A DNA stretch of 64,000 nt from a bacterium. GTDB taxonomy: Bacteria > Patescibacteriota > Microgenomatia > UBA1406 > GWC2-37-13. Positions 36,238-48,432 of this stretch are shown here, one piece after another (position 1 is the first letter of the stretch; the number at the start of each line of letters is the position of its first letter). The position numbers and the translations under genes were made by a program. The stretch spans positions 17,820-81,819 of the forward strand of contig JBDRCK010000037.1 in NCBI GenBank assembly GCA_043821785.1, read 5' to 3'. A model generated the notes under the pieces. It was given only the letters and a program-made list of their open reading frames with translations, searched no databases and was not told the origin of the DNA.

Positions 36238-37620
36238 ATGAAATTATTAGGCAAAACATTAATTGAACTTCTAGATCTAATAAATCAAAAAGCTATAACT
36301 TCGCCAGAAGTAAGAAAATATTTCTTAAACAGAAGCAATAAATATAATAAGAAATTAAACACTTATATAACAATTCCAAACAAACTGAAAGATTATAAAG
36401 GCTTTTTAAAAGGAATTCCTATAGCTATCAAGGACAACTTTCTAACACGAGGTTTAATTACTACAGCAGCTTCAAATGTTTTGAAAGACTTTAATCCACC
36501 CTACAACGCTACGGTAGTTGAAAGATTGTTAAATAAAGGAGGAAGTGTTTTAGGTAAAACTAATATGGACGCATGGGCTCATGGTTCATCTACAGAAACT
36601 TCTGATTACGGATCAACTAAAAATCCATGGGATATCACAAGATCTCCAGGAGGATCATCAGGAGGGTCAGCAGCTGTTGTTAGTTCTTATCTTGCACCAA
36701 TTGCTATTGGTTCTGAAACAGCAGGTTCTATTAGGCAACCTGCAGCGTGGTGTGGAGTAGTAGGGTTAAAACCTACATACGGCAGAGTTTCTCGATATGG
36801 TGTTATAGCAATGGGCTCATCATTGGATTCACCTGGAGTATTTGCTCTGTCAGTAAAAGATTGCGCATTAGTTTTGTCGTTAATCGCAGGTAAAGATAGT
36901 TATGATGCTACAACTTCAAATATAGAAGTACCCAATTATAAAAATCTCTTGAATACTTTTAAAAAATACAAAATAGGCATTCCTGAAGAATATCTACAAA
37001 CTACAGATAAAGATTTAAAAACTAATATCTATAGTGCTATAAAAATTTATCAAAAAATGGGTCATAAAATCAAGAAAATAAAGCTATTAAATCCTCAATA
37101 CTCTATCTCTGTATATACAATACTCCAAAGAGCAGAAGTTTCTTCTAACTTGTCCCGGTATGATGGATTAAGATATGGAAAAACTCGAGAGTATTTTGGA
37201 AAAGAAGCAAAAAAAAGAATAATACTAGGGACATTTACTTTATCACAAGGTTATATTGACCAATATTATAAAAAGGCCCAAAAAATAAGAACTTTAATAA
37301 TAGAAGATTTCGAAAAAGCTTTTAGAGAAGTAGATCTAATATTGGCACCTTCTACACCAAACACAGCAATGAAACTAGGAGAATCTGAAAAATATCCTTT
37401 TTTTGGAGAGCTTATGGATAGATTTAACGAACCGTCTTCAGTAGCTGGTTTGCCAGGGATTAGCATACCTATAGGACTAGATAAAAAGAATTTGCCTACC
37501 TCATTACAAATAATTGGGAAAAGTTTCGATGAAATATCTGTCTTGGACCTTGCAAATCAATTTGAGTTAGAAACTAATTTTTTTAATATGTTTAAAAAAG
37601 TTTTACAAAAATTCCCATAA
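36238..37620 (+). CDS. gatA: Asp/Glu-tRNA amidotransferase subunit A (amidase signature family)
   Basis: GGSSGGSAAVV and GSETAGSIRQPAAWCGVVGLKPTYGRVSRYG amidase signature. Confidence 0.92.
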   Translation: MKLLGKTLIELLDLINQKAITSPEVRKYFLNRSNKYNKKLNTYITIPNKLKDYKGFLKGIPIAIKDNFLTRGLITTAASNVLKDFNPPYNATVVERLLNKGGSVLGKTNMDAWAHGSSTETSDYGSTKNPWDITRSPGGSSGGSAAVVSSYLAPIAIGSETAGSIRQPAAWCGVVGLKPTYGRVSRYGVIAMGSSLDSPGVFALSVKDCALVLSLIAGKDSYDATTSNIEVPNYKNLLNTFKKYKIGIPEEYLQTTDKDLKTNIYSAIKIYQKMGHKIKKIKLLNPQYSISVYTILQRAEVSSNLSRYDGLRYGKTREYFGKEAKKRIILGTFTLSQGYIDQYYKKAQKIRTLIIEDFEKAFREVDLILAPSTPNTAMKLGESEKYPFFGELMDRFNEPSSVAGLPGISIPIGLDKKNLPTSLQIIGKSFDEISVLDLANQFELETNFFNMFKKVLQKFP

Positions 37621-37622
37621 AT

Positions 37623-38918
37623 ATGAAAAAATATTATCCAATAATAGGTATAGAAATTCATATAGAACTAAATACTATGTCAAAAATGTTTTGTCAATGT
37701 TCTACAGAATACTTTAATAAAAAACCCAATACTGAAGTTTGTCCAGTTTGTCTAGGATTACCAGGAGCGCTACCTGTTCCAAATCAAAAAGCTATTGAAT
37801 ATACACAGTTAGTTGCCAAATCTTTAAATTGCAAATTAAGTACACATTCTAAATTTGATAGAAAACACTATTTTTATCCAGATTTGCCAAAAGGTTACCA
37901 AATAAGTCAGTATGACAAACCTTTTGGAGAAAATGGATATGTAAATATTAATAATAAAAAATTTAGAATTCAAAGAGTTCATTTAGAAGAAGATGCAGGA
38001 AAATTAATTCATAAGCCTGATTCTTCATATGTAGATTTCAATAGATCTGGAGTACCTTTAGTAGAAATAGTCACTCATCCTGACTTTGATAACTCTGAAG
38101 ATGTTAAGAATTTTTTAGAATATCTTCATTTACTAGTACAACAATACCTTAAAATCTCAAACGCAAATATGGAAGAAGGTAGTATGAGACTAGAACCAAA
38201 TATTTCTTTAACCACAGAAAAAGGAATTCTTCCAAACTATAAAATAGAGATAAAAAATGTAAATTCATTTAAATTTGTAAAAAAATCCATAGATTTTGAA
38301 ATAATTCGCCAAACAGAATTGTTAAACAAAAAAATAATTTTAAAAAATGAAACCAGAGGCTTTAATGAAAATAAAAATATTACTTTTTCTCAAAGATCAA
38401 AAGAAGAAGCAAAAGATTATAGATATTTTCCAGAGCCTGATATTCCAATTTTTAACTTTAACGAAAAAGATTTAGAAAAAATTAAAATACCAGAGTTACC
38501 ATTTGAAAAGCTTGATCGATATATAAATGACCTTAATATAAAAAAAGGACAAGCTGAGATACTTATTAAAAATAATATCAAAACATTTATATTTGAAAGA
38601 CTTTTAATCAAGTTTAAAGATCTTAATCCTATAATTGTTGCAAATTTTATAATTAACAGAACTTTTTTCAAATCAGAGTCTATAGATGATATTTACAAAA
38701 AATTAAAAGATAGTATTAAATCTACAACTTTAAATCACGAAGAAATAATAAAAATTCTACCTGATATTTTAAAAAACAATCCAAAAGCTTTAGAAGACTA
38801 TAGATCTGGTAAAGAAAATGCATTATATTTTTTAATTGGTCAAATAATAAAAAATTTGGGGGGAAAGTTAGATGTAAGTGAACTAAAAAAATTGTTAATA
38901 AAAGAAATACAAAAATAA
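37623..38918 (+). CDS. gatB: Asp/Glu-tRNA amidotransferase subunit B
   Basis: IGIEIHIELNT..KMFC, CPVCLGLPGALPV and RVHLEEDAGK motifs; shortened C-terminal tail domain. Confidence 0.92.
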   Translation: MKKYYPIIGIEIHIELNTMSKMFCQCSTEYFNKKPNTEVCPVCLGLPGALPVPNQKAIEYTQLVAKSLNCKLSTHSKFDRKHYFYPDLPKGYQISQYDKPFGENGYVNINNKKFRIQRVHLEEDAGKLIHKPDSSYVDFNRSGVPLVEIVTHPDFDNSEDVKNFLEYLHLLVQQYLKISNANMEEGSMRLEPNISLTTEKGILPNYKIEIKNVNSFKFVKKSIDFEIIRQTELLNKKIILKNETRGFNENKNITFSQRSKEEAKDYRYFPEPDIPIFNFNEKDLEKIKIPELPFEKLDRYINDLNIKKGQAEILIKNNIKTFIFERLLIKFKDLNPIIVANFIINRTFFKSESIDDIYKKLKDSIKSTTLNHEEIIKILPDILKNNPKALEDYRSGKENALYFLIGQIIKNLGGKLDVSELKKLLIKEIQK

Positions 38919-38920
38919 AA

Positions 38921-41900
38921 ATGTCTTTTACACACCTTCATGTACATTCTGAATATTCATTACTTGACGGAATGTGTCGTATAGATGATTTAATCAATAA
39001 AACAAAAGAGTTGGGCATGACTTCGGTTGCAATAACAGATCATGGTAGTCTCTACGGTTTGTTCAAATTTTTTATAAAAGCTAAAGAAGCAGGTATTAAA
39101 CCTATATTAGGTATAGAAACTTATAAAGCAAAGAAAACAATAAAAGAAAAACCTATCAAAGGTAATCGAAGAAACCATCATTTAGTTCTTTTAGCAAAAT
39201 CACTTGAAGGATATAAAAACTTGATGAAAATTTCTACAATAGCTCATCTTGAAGGTTTTTATTATAAACCCAGAATAGATTGGGATATTTTAGAAAAGCA
39301 CTCTAAGGGCTTAATAGCATTATCTGGAGGCTGTTTATCTTCTGAAATATCTGACCATATTTTAAAAGATGAGCCAAAAGAAGCAGAAGAAGCATTAAAA
39401 AAATATATAGATATTTTTGGTGAAAACTTTTATTTAGAAATTCAAAGACATAACGATTTAAAAGAACTTGAAAAAACTAATCCAGAAATTATAAGACTTT
39501 CTAGAAAATATGGAGTGCCTTTAGTTGCTACAAATGATGTTCATTACATAAATAAAGAAGATGCCTATGCACAAGAAGTAAAGTTGTGTATACAAACACA
39601 ACACACAATTCAAGAAAAGAATCGGGATTTAACTATGATCAATATTCCTGATTATTATCTTAAATCTCCTGAAGAAATGAAAGGGCTTTATTTAGATTTA
39701 CCAGAAGCTATAGAAAACGCTGAAAAAATAGCTGATATGTGTAACGTAGAAATACCATATGGCAAACCAATACTTCCAAGATTTCAAACTCCAAATAATT
39801 TGTCTGCAGACAAATATTTAAAACAGTTGGTTACTGAAAGAAAGGTTAGAATAAAAAATTATAACTCCACTGTTGTAAATAAAAGGTTAGATTATGAATT
39901 AGAAATTATTAGTAAAAAGAATTTTTCAACTTATTTTCTAATAGTTCAAGATTTTGTAAACTGGGCAAAAAATAAACACATAGCGGTTGGCCCTGGAAGA
40001 GGGTCTGTGGCAGGATCTCTTGTTGCATACGTATTAAGGATTACAGATATAAATCCACTAGATTATAATCTACTTTTTGAAAGATTTTTAAATCCTGATA
40101 GACCTACGCCTCCAGATATTGATGTGGATTTTGCAGATAAAAGAAGAGACGAGGTTATAGACTATGTTAAAAATAAATATGGTAAGAACAATGTTGCTCA
40201 AATAATAACGTTTGGCACTATGGAAGCTCGAATGGCTGTAAGAGATGTCTCTAGAGCATTAGGTTTTTCTTATTCAGAAGGCGATAGAATAGCAAAAATG
40301 ATACCTCAAGGAAAGCAAGGATTTTCTTTGTCAATTACAAGTGCAATAGAAGAATCAACTCAACTGCGATTTGCCTATCAAACAGAAAAAGATACAAAAA
40401 AAATCTTAGAAGTAGCACAAAAATTAGAAGGACTTCCACGTCATGCTTCTACCCATGCTGCAGGAGTAATTATTACAGATAAACCATTAACTGAATATGT
40501 GCCTTTGCAAAAAGAAATCAAAGATGTAAAAATTATCACTCAGTACGACATGTACTCTCTTGATTTAAACTCTGTTACAGGAAATAAAGCTATTGGGTTA
40601 CTTAAAGTAGACTTCTTAGGTTTGAGAAATTTAACTATATTGGAAAATGCCTTAAATTATGTTTTTGAACATACAAATAAAAAAATAGATATCCATAACG
40701 TAAGGCTAAATAATAAAAAAACTTACGACCTAATATCTAATGGAAAAACAATAGGTGTCTTTCAACTTGAATCCTTAGGAATGAGAAGGTTAGCAAAAGA
40801 CCTAATGCCTAATAAGTTAACAGACATTATAGCAATGGTAGCTTTATTTAGACCAGGTCCTATGGAACTTATTCCTATGTTTTTAAAAGGTAAACTAAGT
40901 CCCAAAAATATTAAATATTTGCATAAAGATCTCAAACCGATATTAGAAGAAACTTATGGTGTTTTAGTTTTTCAGGAACAAATTATGGAAATTGGAAATA
41001 AATTAGCTGGCTACTCAATGAGCGAAGCAGATGGTTTGAGACTCGCTATGGGGAAAAAGAAAAAAGCTTTGATGAAAATTGAAAAAGAAAAATTTATATC
41101 AGGATGCATAAAAAATAAATATACAAAAAAACTAGCACAAGGAATATTTAATTTTATTGAAAAATTTGCAGCTTACGGTTTTAACAAACCTCACTCTGCT
41201 TCTTACGCGCTTATAGCGTACTGGACTGCTTACGTAAAAGCAAACTACCCTGAAGAATATATGACCGCACTATTAAGTGCTGAGCTAAAAGGTATAGGAG
41301 GACCTCAAAGAGAAATAAAGATGGCACAAACCTTAGAAGAGTGTAAAAGACTTGATATCTCGGTACTTCCGCCCGATATTAATAGATCTGTCAGTGATTT
41401 TAAAATTGAAGGCAACTCAATAAGATTTGGTCTATCTGCAATAAAAAATGTAGGTCAGTCTGCTATAGATAGTATTGTAAATGCAAGAAAAAAAGGAAAC
41501 TTTATAAGCTTTAGAGATTTTATGTTTAAGGTAGATTTAAGAAAAGTAAATAAAAAAACCGTTGAAAGCCTTATTAAATCGAATGCTTTTTCTCAATTTA
41601 GCAACCGGGCAACTTTATTATCTGTTTATCCAAAGTTAGTACTAGAAATGGCAAAATTAAAAACCGATAACGATAAGGGACAAGTTGGTTTATTTTCAGG
41701 AAAACAAGATTTAAATAAACTGATTGATAACTTCGAACAAATAAAAGAATTTTCTGAAGATGAGCTTTTCAGTATGGAAAAAGAAGTTATTGGTTTTTTG
41801 ATAAATAAAAACCCATTACTTAAATTTAAAAAAATTATAGATGCTAAAGCTACTAAAAAAATCGGAGAGGTTTCATTAAAAGACGCAAACTCGAGTGTTG

Positions 41901-42139
41901 TTTTAGTAGGAATTGTTAGTTCAAAAAAAATAATAAAAACTAAAAAAAATAATGAAGAAATGGCATTTGTTACTATATTTGATGAAACCGGTTCTTTAGA
42001 AATTGTTGTTTTTCCTAGTACCTTTAATAAGTTGAAGGATATTTTATTTATTAATCAAATAATTATTTTTAAAGGAAAGGTCTCAGATAGAAATAATAAA
42101 ATTTCCGTAATAATGGAAGCTGCAATGAAATTGACATAG
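38921..42139 (+). CDS. dnaE: DNA polymerase III alpha subunit
   Basis: PHP N-terminus HLHVHSEYSLLDG, DIDVDF palm motif, FNKPHSASYALIAYWTAYVK, C-terminal OB fold. Confidence 0.95.
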   Translation: MSFTHLHVHSEYSLLDGMCRIDDLINKTKELGMTSVAITDHGSLYGLFKFFIKAKEAGIKPILGIETYKAKKTIKEKPIKGNRRNHHLVLLAKSLEGYKNLMKISTIAHLEGFYYKPRIDWDILEKHSKGLIALSGGCLSSEISDHILKDEPKEAEEALKKYIDIFGENFYLEIQRHNDLKELEKTNPEIIRLSRKYGVPLVATNDVHYINKEDAYAQEVKLCIQTQHTIQEKNRDLTMINIPDYYLKSPEEMKGLYLDLPEAIENAEKIADMCNVEIPYGKPILPRFQTPNNLSADKYLKQLVTERKVRIKNYNSTVVNKRLDYELEIISKKNFSTYFLIVQDFVNWAKNKHIAVGPGRGSVAGSLVAYVLRITDINPLDYNLLFERFLNPDRPTPPDIDVDFADKRRDEVIDYVKNKYGKNNVAQIITFGTMEARMAVRDVSRALGFSYSEGDRIAKMIPQGKQGFSLSITSAIEESTQLRFAYQTEKDTKKILEVAQKLEGLPRHASTHAAGVIITDKPLTEYVPLQKEIKDVKIITQYDMYSLDLNSVTGNKAIGLLKVDFLGLRNLTILENALNYVFEHTNKKIDIHNVRLNNKKTYDLISNGKTIGVFQLESLGMRRLAKDLMPNKLTDIIAMVALFRPGPMELIPMFLKGKLSPKNIKYLHKDLKPILEETYGVLVFQEQIMEIGNKLAGYSMSEADGLRLAMGKKKKALMKIEKEKFISGCIKNKYTKKLAQGIFNFIEKFAAYGFNKPHSASYALIAYWTAYVKANYPEEYMTALLSAELKGIGGPQREIKMAQTLEECKRLDISVLPPDINRSVSDFKIEGNSIRFGLSAIKNVGQSAIDSIVNARKKGNFISFRDFMFKVDLRKVNKKTVESLIKSNAFSQFSNRATLLSVYPKLVLEMAKLKTDNDKGQVGLFSGKQDLNKLIDNFEQIKEFSEDELFSMEKEVIGFLINKNPLLKFKKIIDAKATKKIGEVSLKDANSSVVLVGIVSSKKIIKTKKNNEEMAFVTIFDETGSLEIVVFPSTFNKLKDILFINQIIIFKGKVSDRNNKISVIMEAAMKLT

Positions 42140-42160
42140 CTAATTGATAAATGTTAGAAT

Positions 42161-42442
42161 ATGAAAAGTTACCATAAATTTGATAATAATTTTGAATTAC
42201 AAGATATCTCAATAAAAAAGGTTAATAATAGAGATAATAAAAATTATAATCAAAGAAGATTTTTAAGTGTATTTAGCCTGAATATTGGAGTCTATTTGAT
42301 AACGCCTTTATTATTAGGCGTTTTTCTTGGTTATAATATAGATAAATATCTAAATAAAAAACCATTATTTACTATGATTTTTATCATAATAGGTACATTA
42401 AGTAGTTTTTATAATTTAGTAAAACTTACAAAAGAAAATTAA
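42161..42442 (+). CDS. AtpZ/AtpI-like small membrane protein of the ATP synthase operon
   Basis: 93 aa with two TM helices (GVYLITPLLLGVFLGYNIDKY..KPLFTMIFIIIG); first gene of the atp operon. Confidence 0.6.
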   Translation: MKSYHKFDNNFELQDISIKKVNNRDNKNYNQRRFLSVFSLNIGVYLITPLLLGVFLGYNIDKYLNKKPLFTMIFIIIGTLSSFYNLVKLTKEN

Positions 42443-42444
42443 TA

Positions 42445-43185
42445 ATGATTCATATCAGTTTAAAATCAGAGACAATATTTTCTTGGTTAGGGTTTCCTTT
42501 TACCAATTCAATATTGTTGTCAATTTTAGTAATGATCGGATCTTTAATTTCTTTTATATATTATTTTAATTTAGTAAAAAATAATAAAAAGAATTTTTTC
42601 TATCACCTAATGAATCTTTTACTAAGAACTGTATATAATTTTTTCAAGTCAATATTAAATGAAAAAACAGCTCATTTTTTTCCTCTAATAGGTTCATTTT
42701 TCTTTTTTATTTTAATACACAATGAAGTTGGGTTATTTCCAGGAATTGGAAGTTTCCTTATAAAAGTATCAGAAGAAGGCTATAATCATTTCGTTCCTCT
42801 TTTACGTGGTGGTACAACAGATTTAAACACAACTTTTGCTCTTGCATTTGTCACAGTAATTTATGCTCAATATTTAGGTATAAAATTTCTTGGAATTAAA
42901 GAATATTTAAAAAAATATTTTAATTTTTCAAGTGTGATGGCATTTTTTACTGGAATTATGGAAACAATTTCAGAGTTTTCAAGAATAGTCTCATATTCTT
43001 TCCGATTATATGGTAATATTTTTGCTGGTGAGGTAGTGATAGCAATAATGGCTTTTTTGTTTCCAATTCTGTTATCATTTCCTTTTCTGTTATTTGAAAT
43101 GTTTATAGGCGTTATTCAAGCATTAGTGTTTTCTATGTTATCGGCCGTATTTTATAATTTAGCAATGGAAAAAGCTCATTATTAA
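42445..43185 (+). CDS. atpB: F-type ATP synthase subunit a
   Basis: SFRLYGNIFAGE (essential Arg motif); polytopic. Confidence 0.92.
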   Translation: MIHISLKSETIFSWLGFPFTNSILLSILVMIGSLISFIYYFNLVKNNKKNFFYHLMNLLLRTVYNFFKSILNEKTAHFFPLIGSFFFFILIHNEVGLFPGIGSFLIKVSEEGYNHFVPLLRGGTTDLNTTFALAFVTVIYAQYLGIKFLGIKEYLKKYFNFSSVMAFFTGIMETISEFSRIVSYSFRLYGNIFAGEVVIAIMAFLFPILLSFPFLLFEMFIGVIQALVFSMLSAVFYNLAMEKAHY

Positions 43186-43213
43186 TCAAAGGGAGGTGTA
43201 AAAATAAAATAAA

Positions 43214-43441
43214 ATGGATTTCGAATCAGCAAAATTGATCGCAACAGCTCTTGCAATAGGTTTAGGAGTTATAGGTCCTGGTATTGGTATTGGAATCGTA
43301 GCAGGAAAAGCAGTAGAAGCATTAGGAAGAAATCCCGATGCAGAAGCTCTTATTAGAGCAAATATGATTTTAGGTATAGCCTTTACAGAAGCTTTAGCAA
43401 TCTTTTCACTAGTTATAGCTTTATTAATAAGATTTCTTTAA
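43214..43441 (+). CDS. atpE: F-type ATP synthase subunit c
   Basis: 75-aa hairpin with a GxGxGxG helix 1 and the carboxylate in AFTEALAIF. Strong GGGAGGTG Shine-Dalgarno upstream. Confidence 0.95.
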   Translation: MDFESAKLIATALAIGLGVIGPGIGIGIVAGKAVEALGRNPDAEALIRANMILGIAFTEALAIFSLVIALLIRFL

Positions 43442-43447
43442 TAAAAA

Positions 43448-43957
43448 ATGGATAATTTAGGCATAGATTATAAGTTAATTATAGCTCAGCTTGTTAACTT
43501 TGGTCTTTTTTATATAATTTTTAAGAAATTTATCGCAAAACCTTTCCTTAATTTAATTAAGGAGGAGGAAGAAAATGATAAAAAGAGAGATGAGATTAAA
43601 GTAAAACTAGAAAAGCAAGATGAGGAAATAAATTTTCAACGAGAAAAGCTTGAAAAAGAAATAGCAAAAAAAGAAGAAGAGATTATTTTGGATGCTAAAG
43701 AAAGGGCTAAGTCAATAAAAGAAAATTTAATAAAAGAATCAGAAGTTGATGCATCAAGAATTAAAGAAAAAGCATTAAAAGAGATCGATGCTGAAAAACA
43801 AGATCTTTATAAAGAATTAAAACATCGAATAACTGAATTAAGTTTGATAATAGTAAATAAAACTCTTAAAGATATTTTGACAAGTGAAATGAAAAAAAAG
43901 ATTACTAATTCTATAATCAAAAATTTACCAAATGAAAAGATTAGCCATGAAAATTAA
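43448..43957 (+). CDS. atpF: F-type ATP synthase subunit b
   Basis: N-terminal TM plus a long charged coiled coil; operon position. Confidence 0.85.
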   Translation: MDNLGIDYKLIIAQLVNFGLFYIIFKKFIAKPFLNLIKEEEENDKKRDEIKVKLEKQDEEINFQREKLEKEIAKKEEEIILDAKERAKSIKENLIKESEVDASRIKEKALKEIDAEKQDLYKELKHRITELSLIIVNKTLKDILTSEMKKKITNSIIKNLPNEKISHEN

Positions 43958-44234
43958 ACCAAAATTAAAAAAGGAGTTAAAAAGATATTTACTAAATAAA
44001 ATAATTGAGGATTCACAAAAAGCTTTTATTACATCAGCCTATAAATTAAGCTCTGATGAAATACAAGACATAAAAGCAAAATTTCCCTCAATTAAAAAAA
44101 GAAAGATTAGCTTTAATGTTAACGAAGACATTATTGGAGGATTTATTATTAAGGAAGGAAGTAAAATAACAGATTATTCAATTAAAACGAAATTAGAAAA
44201 AATTAAAAAAAATATATATGAAATTACTAGATAA
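43932..44234 (+). CDS. atpH: F-type ATP synthase subunit delta, unusually short (about 100 aa; C-terminal domain only)
   Basis: [28 protein letters not shown] matches the OSCP/delta C-terminal motif (GG..I..G...iD.S). Position between atpF and atpA. Confidence 0.7.
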   Translation: MKRLAMKIKPKLKKELKRYLLNKIIEDSQKAFITSAYKLSSDEIQDIKAKFPSIKKRKISFNVNEDIIGGFIIKEGSKITDYSIKTKLEKIKKNIYEITR

Positions 44235-45723
44235 TTATATAAAACAAATTGAGAAGGAAGTTGATCAATCAAGTGATCGTGTAAATACAAGAGAAACTGG
44301 TATCGTTATCGAGCTTAAAGATGGAATAGCTATAGTAGACGGTCTGTACAACGCTTTTTATGGAGAAATTGTTGAATTTGAAAACGGAATAGAAGGTTTC
44401 GTAATAGATTTAAGCGAAGATACTGTAGGAGTTGTTGTTTTTGGTAACTATTTATTAGTTAAATCAGGATCACAAGTTAAAGGAACCGGTAATGTTTTGT
44501 CAATAAGCGTTGGAGACAATTTAATTGGAAAAGTCGTTGACCCTTTATCTAAATCTCTAGATAGTACTCAATCTTTAAAACTTAATAAACTATACCCAAT
44601 AGAAAGAATAGCTTCTGGAGTTGTAAAGAGACAACCTGTTAATATGCCCGTACAAACAGGAATAAAGGCTATAGATGCTCTAATTCCAATAGGAAGAGGT
44701 CAAAGAGAACTTATAATTGGAGATAGAGTAACAGGAAAAACTACAATCGCAATAGACACAATTATTAATCAAAAAGATAAAGATTTAATTTGTATCTATT
44801 GTGCTATTGGTCAAAAAAACTCTAAAATAGCTTCACTTATTGAAACTCTTACTACTAATGGGGCTATGAACCATACGATAGTCGTATCTGCAAGTGCCTC
44901 TGATTCTGTATCTCTTCAATATATTGCACCATATTCGGCAACCGCTATGGGTGAGTATTTTATGGACAAAGGAAAAGACGTTTTAATAGTTTATGATGAT
45001 TTGACAAAACATGCATGGGCTTATAGACAATTATCTCTTATTTTGCGTAGACCAGCTGGGAGAGAAGCGTATCCTGGAGATGTTTTTTACTTACATTCAA
45101 GACTTCTTGAAAGAGCTAGTCGTCTAAATAAAGCAAACGGTGGAGGTTCAATTACAGCATTACCAATTGTTGAAACCCTAGAAGGAGACATATCAGGATA
45201 TATTCCAACAAATATAATATCAATTACGGATGGACAAATATTTTTAGAAACAGATGTATTTAACTCCGGAATAAGGCCAGCAATAAACGTAGGTCTTTCT
45301 GTATCTCGTGTTGGTGGTAGCGCTCAAACAAAAGCTATAAAGCAAGTTTCTGGAAGATTAAAACTGGATTTAGCACAATATAGAGAATTAGCAGCTTTTT
45401 CACAATTTGAATCTGAATTAGAAGAAGAAACAAAAAAACAGTTAAATAGAGGTGGTAAAATTACAAAAATATTAGTTCAAAAGAAAAACAAACCTTATAC
45501 CTTAGCAGAAGAAGTTTGCATATTATGGACCGCTACACAAGGCTATTTAGATAGCATACCATTAAATAAGGTTTTTGATTTTGAACAGAAGCTTCTTGAT
45601 GAGTTAAAAACTGCAAAAGGTAAAGAGATCGTTGTTAATATAAACAAAAGTAAAATATTGGACTCTTCCGTAGAAGAAAAACTTAAAAAATTAGTATCAA
45701 GTCTGGTAAAGGTAAAACTATGA
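44218..45723 (+). CDS. atpA: F-type ATP synthase subunit alpha
   Basis: GDRVTGKTT Walker [23 protein letters not shown]. Confidence 0.97.
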   Translation: MKLLDNYIKQIEKEVDQSSDRVNTRETGIVIELKDGIAIVDGLYNAFYGEIVEFENGIEGFVIDLSEDTVGVVVFGNYLLVKSGSQVKGTGNVLSISVGDNLIGKVVDPLSKSLDSTQSLKLNKLYPIERIASGVVKRQPVNMPVQTGIKAIDALIPIGRGQRELIIGDRVTGKTTIAIDTIINQKDKDLICIYCAIGQKNSKIASLIETLTTNGAMNHTIVVSASASDSVSLQYIAPYSATAMGEYFMDKGKDVLIVYDDLTKHAWAYRQLSLILRRPAGREAYPGDVFYLHSRLLERASRLNKANGGGSITALPIVETLEGDISGYIPTNIISITDGQIFLETDVFNSGIRPAINVGLSVSRVGGSAQTKAIKQVSGRLKLDLAQYRELAAFSQFESELEEETKKQLNRGGKITKILVQKKNKPYTLAEEVCILWTATQGYLDSIPLNKVFDFEQKLLDELKTAKGKEIVVNINKSKILDSSVEEKLKKLVSSLVKVKL

Positions 45724-46589
45724 ATTTAAGATTAGTTCGAAAAAAAATAAAAAGTGTTGACAATGTCAAAAAAATAACCAAGGCAATGGAGCTTGTATCA
45801 GCTGTAAAAATGAAAAAATTTCAAGTAATAGCAATTGAATCAACTCCTTATCAAAAATTTTTGGAAAAAGCTATAAACAATATTGTTAGAAATATGGAAA
45901 AAAACGTTTCATCTTTATTAAATCCTCAAGAAAACACAACAGATAAAACATTAGTTATTTTTGTTTCTTCCAATAAAGGTCTCTGTGGTGCCTTTAATAT
46001 AAATCTTGCAAGATTTCTCTGGAAAAACTCAAATAAAAAAGATCTAAATGTCCTTACTTTAGGTAAAAAAGGAACGACTTTAACCACAACGCTTGGATTT
46101 AAAATAGTTGCAGATTACTCTTCAAATGATTTATATGAAAACATTTCTGCCTTGTTCGAATTTGTTTATAATGAATATATTCAAGGAAAATATAATAAAG
46201 TACAACTTGTATATAATACATTTGTTTCTGCTATAGAATATACGCCTGTTAGTGAAATTCTTTTACCACTTCAATATAAGAAAAAAACTGAAGAAAATGA
46301 AAAAGGAATCGAAGATTTTTATAGAAATTATATAATCGAACCATCTGCAGAAGAGATTATCCATTCGCTACTTCTTAATTACTTAGAAGAAAAAATTCGA
46401 TACGCTGTTACACAAACTCATGCAGGTGAACATTCTGCAAGAATGATAGCTATGCAAAATGCAACTAATAATGCTAGTGATATATTGCTAAATTTAACTT
46501 TACTTAGAAATAAATTACGCCAAGAAATCATAACTAATGAACTTTTAGATATGATAACATCAAAAGAATCAGTTGAAGTAAATATATAA
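45720..46589 (+). CDS. atpG: F-type ATP synthase subunit gamma
   Basis: [16 protein letters not shown]-terminus; C-terminal helix [21 protein letters not shown]. Confidence 0.92.
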   Translation: MNLRLVRKKIKSVDNVKKITKAMELVSAVKMKKFQVIAIESTPYQKFLEKAINNIVRNMEKNVSSLLNPQENTTDKTLVIFVSSNKGLCGAFNINLARFLWKNSNKKDLNVLTLGKKGTTLTTTLGFKIVADYSSNDLYENISALFEFVYNEYIQGKYNKVQLVYNTFVSAIEYTPVSEILLPLQYKKKTEENEKGIEDFYRNYIIEPSAEEIIHSLLLNYLEEKIRYAVTQTHAGEHSARMIAMQNATNNASDILLNLTLLRNKLRQEIITNELLDMITSKESVEVNI

Positions 46590-47963
<1,374 letters not shown>

Positions 47964-47966
47964 TTA

Positions 47967-48380
47967 ATGATAAAACTTAGAATAATAACTCCAAACAAGG
48001 TCATATTAGAAGAAGATATAAAATCTATAACTGTTCCAGGTATTGCAGGAGAAATGACTATACTTCCAAACCATGCTAATCTTTTTACCTTATTAAGCGA
48101 AGGTGTTGTTAAAATTAATTTTGAAAGAAAAGAAGACTATTTAGCTATAGGTGGAGGCTATCTTGAAACAAATGGCAACTATGTAAATCTCCTTGTTTCT
48201 CGAGCGTATGGACAGGACATTGTTAATCAAACAACTACAGAAAAAGCGTTAAAAGATGCAAAAAATATGTTAATAAAAGCAAAATCCAAAGAAGAAAAAA
48301 TTGAAGCAAATACTTTACTTAGAAGATCTATAGTTGACATGAAGCTAATAAAAAAGAGAAGAAAAACACGTTTTAATTAA
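47967..48380 (+). CDS. atpC: F-type ATP synthase subunit epsilon
   Basis: Size, beta-sandwich N-terminus (ITPNKVILEEDIKSITVPGIAGEMTILPNH), operon position. Confidence 0.88.
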   Translation: MIKLRIITPNKVILEEDIKSITVPGIAGEMTILPNHANLFTLLSEGVVKINFERKEDYLAIGGGYLETNGNYVNLLVSRAYGQDIVNQTTTEKALKDAKNMLIKAKSKEEKIEANTLLRRSIVDMKLIKKRRKTRFN

Positions 48381-48388
48381 TATTGCAT

Positions 48389-48423
48389 TTTTTACTTTAT
48401 ACTTACAGCACGATACTATATAC
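48389..48423 (+). repeat. Tandem heptamer array D (TTTTTAC TTTATAC TTACAGC ACGATAC TATATAC), ending 9 nt before the topA ATG
   Basis: Read directly from the sequence. TAC recurs at 48393, 48400, 48414 and 48421 (7-nt register). TATACT at 48419-48424. Confidence 0.55.
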
Positions 48424-48432
48424 TAATTTCTT

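Noticed and set aside
43214-43441. Possible Na+-specific c-subunit
   Set aside because: The ion-binding region reads AFTEALAIF (Glu followed by Ala) and helix 1 lacks the Gln of the Q...ES/T Na+ signature, so it looks like an ordinary H+-type c-subunit.
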